Positions 14,601-26,600 of a DNA stretch of 62,024 nucleotides are shown piece by piece. Position 1 is the stretch's first letter. Every line of letters begins with the position of its first letter. Made by a program: the position numbers and the translations under genes. This DNA is from Lama guanicoe (Eukaryota): NCBI GenBank assembly GCA_013239625.1, contig MU054304.1:26017-88040 (forward strand), written 5' to 3'. The notes beneath the pieces are model-generated. The model was given only the letters and a program-made list of their open reading frames with translations, had not been told where the DNA came from and did no database searches.

Positions 14601-17600
14601 ATAATTTCTGGTCAGTGAAAACACAAGAAGGACACTCTTCTAATAACTCACTGTTTATCATGGGTTCTTGCCAGGCCTGAATTGGCTTTGTGAACCTTGG
14701 ATGCCAGGCTTTCTAGAGAAGAAAATAACAGCTTTAAGAACAACAAATATGAAATTGAAGAAAATAATTATAACATTCCCCATTCCTAGATGATCTAACA
14801 CAAAGAGCCCTGGCTTTGGAGTCATTCAGATATGGATTCAAATCCTGGTTCCGACCTTTACCAACCTACCTCTTCTCATGGGGTGAGGATTATGAGAGAT
14901 GATCTCAGGAGTCCTAAAACGTTACTTTCCTTACCCCTCATTGATTACTATGCAGACACTGTGGGATCCAGTAGATGACTTTCTTGACCAAAATGATCTT
15001 GAACAAAAAATTATCCCTGACAGTTTAGAGCCCTATTGAATAAACTAACATTAAGAAACTAAAAGTAATTGTTCCATTTTGAAATGTGCTTGCATGATTT
15101 ATATATGTGTGAATGATCTCTCATGGGGGAAATATGAGAGTTTCCTTTTTAGCAGTATCTTATTTGGATGAGTTAGAACAGCAAACAGTATAAGCTACTT
15201 CTATTCCATTTGCCAAAAAGCTAAAGACAAGTGATTGTTTAAATTCAGCTACTTCTAAGAAAGAGGAATTAAAAACAAAAGCAATTCTGAAGGGCAATGA
15301 CTCACGAGTGAGAGCCACACACATAGTAAACAGAAAGCTCTAACTAAATGCATTCACAGAGGCGGAGTGAGACGGACTGAAAGAACAGTCACTGAAGAAG
15401 TGTTTTCTGCAAAGAAATATTAGGGTTGGGGCAAATCATTAGAAAAAAAGTGGGGGAGGAGGAAGAAAAGAAAACATGAGACATGACTAGTCAAGTACAA
15501 ACTTAAGGCAAGAAAAAAGGAAAATGTAATTATAACAAGGTATGTGGAGAAATATATATATTTCAGCATTTATATATATAATAGATCAGTGATGTATCAG
15601 TATTGTTAGGTACATACTATCAATGAAAGCCTCTGTTTTACCTTTTTATTATATAAAAATATATAAATTATATATGCAAGTATATATATTGCTCTTCAGC
15701 TAAGTTTTTAAAAATAACAAAATATATGATATATAAAACATATATATAAAGCAAAGGACTTTCTTCATAGTATATCCCCAGTAATATTGACTTGTATTAC
15801 TCTACAACTGTTTGTTTGTAAATACTACTATAATAAAGAGTTAAATTTGTCACTATTAGGCATTCAGTTGAACATGGTCAACTCTCACTACCTGAATGCT
15901 GTTAAACTATTATTAGAGAGAGAGAAATAGATTTTAAAAAGTTCCTAACACATCAACTTTCCAGAGAGAGAACTGGTAATCAGGATTCTAAGGAGAATAT
16001 ATAGCTTGAAAAGATATATTTAATGGAACATGAGAAGGGGCTAAAAAGAACGTTAAAAACTTTTCATCTCAAATTCTAAGCTCACAATTGGTGGATACTG
16101 AAAAACAGGCTGTATAACCTTTTCCTATTTATCATATACTTCTTATCTATTTCCTTGGCATTTATGACATATTTCCTCTCATAACAAGTGAACTTTTACA
16201 ACCTAAACAAAGGGAATAGAAATTTAAGTCATATTTTTGGAATTCAAATTGATTTCATTATGACATAGTATGCATATTATATTACCTGTACCATCAAATA
16301 GATTTCATTATGATACAGTGTACATGTTATATTATCTGCAACATGATACAGAATTCCATGTCTCCTCATGCATTCACATTCAAAAAATACTAAAATGCTT
16401 CTTACATTTAAGACCTTATTCTAGGTGCTCCAGGAAATGCACAGTTACGTTTCCTAGTCTCTAGCGGTGTATACTGATGCAGGGGCTATAAAATGAATAT
16501 GTAAATAACTATAATACAAAATGTCTGAAATTTGAAATTTTAGAATGGGACANNNNNNNNNNNNNNNNNNNNNNNNNNNNNNNNNNNNNNNNNNNNNNNN
16601 NNNNNNNNNNNNNNNNNNNNNNNNNNNNNNNNNNNNNNNNNNNNNNNNNNNNNNNNNNNNNNNNNNNNNNNNNNNNNNNNNNNNNNNNNNNNNNNNNNNN
16701 NNNNNNNNNNNNNNNNNNNNNNNNNNNNNNNNNNNNNNNNNNNNNNNNNNNNNNNNNNNNNNNNNNNNNNNNNNNNNNNNNNNNNNNNNNNNNNNNNNNN
16801 NNNNNNNTGAAAGCCCCAGAGCCCGTGATTATCACAGTAAGCAGCTGGGTGCACTGAAGATGCCCCTGAGGCACGAGTATTATACAAGTGCCATCCGTGT
16901 GGTTTAAAAGTCAAAGAACCCCTATCCTTGGCCAAGCTTCACACTTCCTCTATCGTGGGAAACCTTTTCACAGCACAGTTTTCCTGTCACTATATACTTT
17001 CTGGTCCATTTTGCTTCAGCCTCATCTTCAGTATTTACCAAAGTAAGAAAAGAAAAAAAATCAACCTGCCGTATTTTTATAAAATGGTTTACTCTGATCA
17101 ACTTTCCAACACAAACATAGAACAATGATAGGCAGACCACTGCCAAATTTGAAGAGTAAATACTACACAAAACTAAATTCAGAGCAGAAAAATTAATTTC
17201 ACAAGAGCACTTTACCTTGGGAGCAAGATCTGCGTCATCATCTGCTGAATGCCATGAATCATCAATACAAGGTATGGATGAAACACTTTGGAGCAAAAAT
17301 AGACATCAAAAATGAGTGAGTTCATTTCTTTAAAAAAACAAAAGTCTATGCTGAGGGATAAGAAAGCAGATTTGGGAGCCAGGCTGCCTGATGGTCAAGT
17401 CACAGGTCAACTACTTCTTAACCTTGGAATCATGGGTCAACTAGTCAACCTCCTTGAACTACAGTTGCCTAACTGACTAGAAGTCAGCTACAACAGCACA
17501 GCTACTCGGCAAAGCTGTTGCGGTGACTGTATGAGGTAACAAATGTGAAGCACACAACAAAAAAAAAATCCACACTACCTGCTTATAGAGAGATCTTCAA

Positions 17601-20600
17601 ACCTTGGTGGAAACTTAACCTTTAAAATTTCTGTTAAAGACAAAAGTAAAATAGATTTTGTATCAGCAATAGAAAAATACAGAACAGAANNNNNNNNNNN
17701 NNNNNNNNNNNNNNNNNNNNNNNNNNNNNNNNNNNNNNNNNNNNNNNNNNNNNNNNNNNNNNNNNNNNNNNNNNNNNNNNNNNNNNNNNNNNNNNNNNNN
17801 NNNNNNNNNNNNNNNNNNNNNNNNNNNNNNNNNNNNNNNNNNNNNNNNNNNNNNNNNNNNNNNNNNNNNNNNNNNNTGTATCTTAAACTGCTGCTTACAA
17901 GGACCAAAATCCCAACCGAACTTTATGAGACTCACAAAAAAATGATAATCACTAGTAGAATCAGTATCAGAAACTGACAATGTCAAGCTCACACAGCACA
18001 GCNNNNNNNNNNNNNNNNNNNNNNNNNNNNNNNNNNNNNNNNNNNNNNNNNNNNNNNNNNNNNNNNNNNNNNNNNNNNNNNNNNNNNNNNNNNNNNNNNN
18101 NNNNNNNNNNNNNNNNNNNNNNNNNNNNNNNNNNNNNNNNNNNNNNNNNNNNNNNNNNNNNNNNNNNNNNNNNNNNNNNNNNNNNNNNNNNNNNNNNNNN
18201 NNNNNNNNNNNNNNNNNNNNNNNNNNNNNNNNNNNNNNNNNNNNNNNNNNNNNNNNNNNNNNNNNNNNNNNNNNNNNNNNNNNNNNNNNNNNNNNNNNNN
18301 NNNNNNNNNNNNNNNNNNNNNNNNNNNNNNNNNNNNNNNNNNNNNNNNNNNNNNNNNNNNNNNNNNNNNNNNNNNNNNNNNNNNNNNNNNNNNNNNNNNN
18401 NNNNNNNNNNNNNNNNNNNNNNNNNNNNNNNNNNNNNNNNNNNNNNNNNNNNNNNNNNNNNNNNNNNNNNNNNNNNNNNNNNNNNNNNNNNNNNNNNNNN
18501 NNNNNNNNNNNNNNNNNNNNNNNNNNNNNNNNNNNNNNNNNNNNNNNNNNNNNNNNNNNNNNNNNNNNNNNNNNNNNNNNNNNNNNNNNNNNNNNNNNNN
18601 NNNNNNNNNNNNNNNNNNNNNNNNNNNNNNNNNNNNNNNNNNNNNNNNNNNNNNNNNNNNNNNNNNNNNNNNNNNNNNNNNNNNNNNNNNNNNNNNNNNN
18701 NNNNNNNNNNNNNNNNNNNNNNNNNNNNNNNNNNNNNNNNNNNNNNNNNNNNNNNNNNNNNNNNNNNNNNNNNNNNNNNNNNNNNNNNNNNNNNNNNNNN
18801 NNNNNNNNNNNNNNNNNNNNNNNNNNNNNNNNNNNNNNNNNNNNNNNNNNNNNNNNNNNNNNNNNNNNNNNNNNNNNNNNNNNNNNNNNNNNNNNNAAAG
18901 CATTCTGACAAATTTCCTAAGGTCTACAGCAGACCTCCTCCTTCCCATAGTACTAGAAAGGCTTTCAGAAGCGTGCCTGAGCTAGGTAGTCACCTCGTTC
19001 CAAACCATTCCTACAGCATCCTTTTTGCACCAACAAAAGGAAACTCATAGATCCTGCAAAGTTCACCAGCACATCTTAGCGTTTGCACTGCTGTCCTTTC
19101 TGCCAAATGTAATCTTGAAAGATGTTCTGCCCACCAAACACTGTCCTGCCTCCTTCCCTGGCAAACTTCTACTCACTCTGCATGCTTACCTGACATCCTA
19201 CCCATTTTTAAAACACTCCCTTCTTCACCATGGACTTAAAGTATCTGGCACATATTAAATAATAAAAAAATACATAAAGACAGTTACAAAGTCCTAATGG
19301 GCTCTGGGACACAATAAGCACAGAATAAAATAAAGTCAATCATAAAAATGGTGATGACAGTAACGAGCTCCTGGAGGCCAGGAACTGCGCTTTTGACCTG
19401 TTTGCATTCTGTAACGTCAGAGTGGTGCTTAGTACCTAAAACACACTTGACAGTCATCTGTCAAGTGGGTGAATTCACAGATAAGAATGTTTATTTGACA
19501 ATTCTGTTTTTAAAAAAATACAGACACTAACCAGGGAAACTCTATTGTGTTATGGGCACCTTGAAGACCAAAAGTCTGTCTATTCCATCTTTGTATTTCC
19601 TACAACAGAAGTTCTCTGCTTGATCGAGGTCTACCAAGTTTAAGGTGCCCTCATACAGTTCAGACTGAACAGCACGCTAGGGGTCACATCTAGGCAACAC
19701 AGTCGTTTTTTTTTTTTTTTTTTTTGTGTAGCACTTTTGTGCTTTCTTTTCATTTTGTTGAATTTTGAGTAGTGCTAGCTATTTGAGTATTTATTATGAC
19801 AACCCTTTAACTAATGGCAACAAAGAATCTTGTCCTAACAAAATTATAGTTTCAAGACAAGTATCCCCCCCAAAAAGAAGAAAACATCTCACTCTCTTGA
19901 AGTCAACATATCGCATTCTGTCTGCACTTATGAGGAATGAAATTGGTAACCGAGCGGGACCTTGTTGGCATAATGATGCAGAAAGTAACCAGTGATTCTC
20001 AACAAGGCTCTGCTTTTCTGACTTCCGCGCTATCACTCGGTATCTTTAAGAAACAATCTCTTATTAGTGTGCTGCACACTGGCCCACTTGTGCAGTTCTA
20101 AATGTTGGCCATTTGTTTATAGCACCAGGAAGGCACTGCCGAGTTCCGTTTTAAAGACAGTAACTTTTTTAGTGAGATTAATCACTATGCAATAACTAGC
20201 ATTCATTTACCCAATGTAATCCATTCGCTATAAAAACTAAAGATCCAGTTCTATAACAAGGCCACTTTGTTACAATGTTAGGGAAAATGTACAACAAAGT
20301 TAAAAAACATTTTTCTTATTTACACAAAGATATAATATGGGATTTCAGGGGCTATGATTAAATAAATGAATTTCTTTTCAGACAGTATTGTCTCAGATTT
20401 TAAATTACCTACAATTAACTTCTTAAATAATTCTGAATACTAGACCATTAAGAAAAACTTACTTAAAAAATTAAAACATACATGAAATTTACACACTGGC
20501 ATTATTCACTGCTCTTTCATTATCAAAAGTTCCTCAATCTTTCTTCCTTATCTATGGTAGGACCAACAAGAGTAACTTATTACCAGAACTCTGTCCCAGA

Positions 20601-23600
20601 TCACTGTTTTGAGAGGGAGTTTTTGGTATCTTTCCTTCTCTGTAGTCGACAATCAGCTGGTAAATGCTATATATAAAATAATGTGATAAATAAATATTAC
20701 TACTTGAATGTTAATATGAAAAATAATTACCAAATATATAAAATTCTTAGATTATTTCAGATAATATCAGAGATATCAAAACTTCAATTGTCCCATATAC
20801 TTCAAATTTGTACAATCTACAAACACTTAAATTTAGCATGTATAATTAAAGAAGAAAAAAAAAGTAAAGTGAAGTAGTCAGGAACTGAGGGCAGTACAGC
20901 TCAGTAAGTTATCTAGAGTGAGCCAGACATATGGAAAGTGTCTCGAACTCAGAAGCCCCAGCTCTATAACCAACTGTTAATTGTCCCTGCGAAAGTTGCT
21001 TCTCTTCAGCTCAAAGACTTCCTTTATAGAAATGGGATCTTACTGTCTTCTTAGGCAGTTAGTTATTAATACTCATAACAGTATTATGAAGATTGAATGA
21101 GATAATGTATCCCCCAGATGCTCAGAGAAAGTGTGGAAGAATGGAATAATTTGTTTTTGAACTTTAATGCTGGAACTATTTGAGAATCCCAAATAAAACC
21201 CAATGTGTGTATTTTTCACAAGTGTAATATTTAAATGTGGCAGTTTTCAGGACAATGTTACAAATTATGGTGATTAGCTGTTCTTCGTGGTTTATAATTC
21301 AGGGCACCTCAGCTACTATATAATTTGTAGCTAAATTTATTCATAAACATATGACCTCATACAAGCTTATGTATGAGAACTAAACAAGCCGTCACGCTGA
21401 AGTTTACGTGTCGATCACCACGGAGACCACGGAAACTGGATCAGCACAGGCATCCCGGGAGCAGAGGTCAGTCATGACCCGACTGCAGGACCAGTTTCTT
21501 TTTCCTTTTCTTCTTTTAAAATTTTATTAAGGGTCTTTAGAGAGCAACGTCCAGACCCCAGACTCAGCTGCCAAGGAGATCCTGTTAAAACCAGTTTTAG
21601 TACCAACACTGCAGCAACAGAATCAAGGGAAACAAGAGAATGATTAGAGCGCCCTCACCCTGCCCTAATGCCTTGTGGGAGAGGACTGTCACTGCGATCT
21701 CAGGGAATCCCTGAGGCTCTTGGAAAATTCAAAATGAAGATTATAGAATAAAGTCCCCAAAGGAAAATACAGGATTTTCTGCTCAACTAAACATTTCAAG
21801 ACCCAAATAATTAGAAAAATCAGATATGTGATATTGTTTGTACCCCCATGCACAGGGGTTACACTGGAATGAAATGGAGAACAATAGGATCCCTAAGGAA
21901 AAAGGTCTTACAAAGCCTGAGATAAAGAACCCTGTGCCCACTGCTCCATCTCACTAGTCTGGCCTTTTGCTGGTTTCCAGCTCATGATGTGGAGGGTCTC
22001 ACTGCCATTCCCAAAGTGCCTGCTCCCAACTAGGAACTATCACCTGTCACATAACAAGTTACAGTTAGGTCACTTCCTACCTCAGTTAAGAGATACTTGG
22101 CATTTTAATGTAAACACTTACTGTTCAAACCCATTAGAATAAGCATATTGCTCAGCAGACCATCCACGTGAATCTTGAGAATAGGGACTAACACTTTTCT
22201 GAAGAAGTAACTTGACTATGTCCGGTGAGTCATGAAATACAGCAAGTATGAGCGCTGATCTAAAATACAAAAGAGGTAACTTCACCCTTAGGAACTTAGT
22301 TAGCTTAACTTAAACAGTTAATTTGATTTATTTTACCAAGTTAATATCCTGCCCACCCCTGGAGAACTGACCATTTACATGCTCGAGTGCTCATCTTTGC
22401 AAATTACCTCCAAGGCCAAAATGGAGGGACAAAAAGAAGCCTCCTGTCCTACGTGGGTAGCACACAGCAGAAGGTGCTAATTTAAAGTCCTCTGATGGAC
22501 AGGAAAGGATGCTGAGGTCACTTGTCTGAAGTAGGGAAAGATTTAAACAAAGGATTCCCCATTTCTTCCCTAGTCTGAAATTTAATACTTTAAAATCAGC
22601 TAGAGGTCAGGTGAGGAGAAGCTGTTTGCAGGCTGAAAACAGTAATATGAATAAAAATGGCAGTAAAAATAGTCACGGCTGCAGTTAACCACGCTGAGAA
22701 GCGTGTGCCCGGCACTGACCTGAATAGTCTACGTATGGTCTTTCTTAGGCACGGCCACCCTTGAAGGATGTACTATGACCCTCCTTTACGTGTCAGGATA
22801 CACATTTGTTGCTAAGTCACGTCCCCCAGGTAACACCCCTGACCAGCAGGAGAGCTGGGAATTCAACCCCGTCTGACTCTAAAGCCCAGCTCTTTCCTCT
22901 TTATCACCCACCAATGACTTGTCTCCTTTAAAGGGAATGTTTATTCAATAATTAGAGCTATTTTTCTTCCTTCTACCATTATCAATTAAAAATAAAAACA
23001 TTAAAGTGTACTAGAAATGAAAAAGGATAAAAACTGATGAGTCCACAGTATCTGGTAATAGTTATTCACTGAGTGATACTCACTTAGTGAGAACCTAATC
23101 ACATCAGTGGCCTTCAAAGAAAGTAATTTAAAGCAGAGTCATCCAAAAGATGAAACAAAATCCTCTTTCTTTAATATGCATGTTTTAGGACAAAAATATA
23201 TACCAAGAAGAGGTTAAAAAAAGTATAAAAGAATGAAGAAATTCAACACTGTCTCATAAGGTAAATTAAAATTAAAGTCCATACTAATAAAACTAAAATG
23301 AAATCCCTGGACTGTTGTACGATCACAAGACCAAGAAAATCAGGTTGCAAATGACATCAGTCACTATTACAAAGGAAGATGAATCCTGCTGCATACTGTT
23401 CTTTGTGACACCCAGGCACAATAATTGTTCTTCCACCTAACTGATGATGTGTTGATTCTAAGTTAATCCTCTTCTTATGAAGTTAATCTTTCGGATTGGC
23501 TGTTATTACCCTAGAACAACATTAAGGTTTGAAAAATCAGAGAGTGAGAGAACAAACTACTGTACCTTTGCACGTTGTCGACTGCATGTACATTTGCCCC

Positions 23601-26600
23601 ATTCTCTATCAAAAATTTGACCATTTCCTTTTTGTTCTCCTTGACAGCGAGTAAAAATGGTGTCAAATTACTCTGTAAAAGAGAAAAACAGTTGATAATG
23701 TACAAAAGTACATATAAATTTCAAAACTGAATTTAAAAACTTAAGTCTCTGAACTTAAGCGTATACTATAAAGTAAATCACAAGCAGCCCCTTCCCCTTT
23801 GCCCCTCTGTGCTCCTTCCCTTTAACAGGCTCCTCCGTGACCTCTTCAAAAGTTTCCCTGTGAAGTCATTCTCTGAAACTCACTTCAGGCATTTGCTGGT
23901 TCCAAGAACCTTTGCTTCTATCGCAGTGTCTATCAGGCATTCTGTAGTTACCTTACTGCTCAACGACTACTTCTGACTCGCTAAACACGGCTCCAGAGAG
24001 TACCATTTCGCTACTGACTCAAACATTTTTAAGGAGCCACGCTGAGGAGAAAGATACCATACTGTCTGCAACATGCGTAACCTATCCAATTACAGCTATG
24101 GCTAATCTCATAAAGCTTGCAGGCATTCCAATGGGAATATGATTATTTGCATGTAAAGAAAAAGGTTTCCTTAAACCAACTTATAAATTCTAATTTGAAA
24201 AATTCCATCCCACTCTTAAGGGATTATTATAAAATATGAAATAGACTATAAATTAATATAGAGTGTCTTTAAAATCTTGAAATATTTATCAAAATATATT
24301 ATACAACAGGAATTGTAAATTCAAATGCTTACAGAAGCAATGTAGGTGACCTGAGTAAGTGCAGGTCCCAGGTGAGGACAGCAAACCAGAGAACACATGT
24401 CCCACTGAGAAGGGGCCACCCCGGCAGGGCAGTCTGCTGGGAGCCTGGGCTCAAGGGGGAACAGATTTGATTCTTCAGGAGAAGATCTGAGATGCAGATT
24501 CCTACACGAGTCTCCTAAATTATAAATGTTGACTCAGTGTGTGGGGACAAACTGAACATATCCTGGGCCATGTTTAGTCTATAGCCCACTTGTGTTTTTA
24601 TGTTTGCTGTGTTTCCAAACAGTTCGGTATAAATCAAGTATTTGTATGTAAAACCTTGCCTTTCTTTAGTATTATATGTCTTACACACAAAAACACTGGG
24701 CCCAACATGTAATAAAAATTGTGATTAAGACTCATAATACCCACTGTAAGAATTTTCCCAATGCCTACTAAAACTACAATCTATCTGTGTCAAATTCTCC
24801 CTGGTTGTTAATCAAATGTATAATTAGGATTAAGGATTAAGAGGTATAAACAATCAGGCATAAAATAAGCTACAAGGATGTATTGTACATCATGGGGAAT
24901 AGAGCCAATAGTTTATAATAACTATAAGTAGAGCATAACCTTTAAAAATTTGTGAATCACTAAACTGTATATAGTGAGAGAGTTCTTAGCAGCTGTCAGA
25001 AAGGTCTTATGGGTGAACTTCTAAGGAGTTGACAAAAAGCAACGAAGAGACAAATAATCAACTCTGAACACCTAGTTGAAGAGAAGCCATAAGAAATGCC
25101 ACCTTATGGTGTGTGTGTGTGTATGTATACACACAGATACACAAACACCATGGAATATTACTCAGCCATGAAAAGGAATGAAATAATGTCACTGGTAGCA
25201 AAATGGATGGACCTACAGATGATCATACTAAGTGAAGTAAGTCAGAAAGAGAAAGACATATCAAATGACATCACTTATATGTGGAATCTGAAAAAAAAAG
25301 ACACAAATGAGCTTATTTATAAAACAGAAATTGACACAGACATAGAAAACAAACTGATGGCTACCAAAGGGGCAAGGGGGTGGAGGAGGAATAAATTAGA
25401 AGTTTTGGACTAGCAGATACAAACTACTATATATAAAATAGTTGAAGAACAAGGTCCTACTGTATATACTACAGGGAACTATACTCAAGATCCTGTAGTA
25501 AACTATAATGGAAAAGAATATGAAATATAGAAGCATGGAAGACCCCAAGGTATACATGGAGGGCCATGTGGCCACCAGCACAAGTGAATGCCCCTGCTGG
25601 CTGTCAAACATGACCTGACCTCACTTGCCCACATTCTAGAACCTGGGATCCTGGGGTGCTCAGGGCCTGTGGCTTGCTGCCTCCCCTGCCCAGGTGCAGT
25701 CACCCAGCTCCCCCTTCTGGGTACTGTGTTCCTTCCTCCTCCCACCCATCCCCAGTAGCACCTCTGCCCCTACAGGCAGCCAGGCCTTGCCATCACTTCA
25801 CTCCCTGCAAGGCTTCATCTTCTGTAGGTGCTGAGCTTACCACCCACTCCCAGGCACTTCCTAATGAGAAGTTGTTCCTTCTGGGGTAGAAGTGTGGCCG
25901 GGAGACAGAGCTCTGCCCTTTCTGTGGGCACTACCTCTAGCCCCTGGCCTTGGCTTTGGAGTTGTTTCCATGATAACAGGGCCTGATGTATTGCATTCAG
26001 TATACATATTACTATAAGTAAAACACTTGTAGCGAGAAAAGACCCTGTATTTCAAATATCTTGTAAATAAAGTTAGTTGAGCTATACCTTGTTTACCGCC
26101 TCGATATTTGCATTATGGCGGAGCAGCTGTGTTGCAATCGACACACTCTCTTCCATGATGGAATAATGGAGAGCAGTGTTTTGACTGCCGTCCTCAAGGT
26201 TTGGGTTAGCACCGTGTTCCAGCAGGATACCGGCACATCTCCTGTTCAGGAATTGTACAGCCTGTTGGTATCATGCCAAGAGACAGACTGTAAGTGCCAG
26301 GCATTCCAAGTTAACATTCCCCAAGTTCCATCAGTTTGTTATGTTTAAAAGAGATAAGTTAATTTTTATCCTAAGGAATTAAATCGAATCCATCTCACGT
26401 GGACACGGTTGGCAGCTACGTACCCTGATGAGAGCTGTCGTCCTTTCCTTGTCACGAGCATTCAGATCACAGTGGAACTGGATAAGGAGAACCACCACTC
26501 CTGGACAGCCGCTGATGCAGGCTAAGTGTAGCGGAGTCCTGCAAACATGAGAGGACTTCTTAGGAAATCAGAGCATACTAGTTCAAAGATACAATTATTC

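Larger units (their letters stand above)
16553..18896. other. Assembly gaps (16553-16807, 17690-17876, 18003-18896; also 1594-1607)
   Basis: Runs of N. Confidence 1.

Noticed and set aside
16509..19050. Long ORFs made mostly of X
   Set aside because: Artefacts of N gaps.
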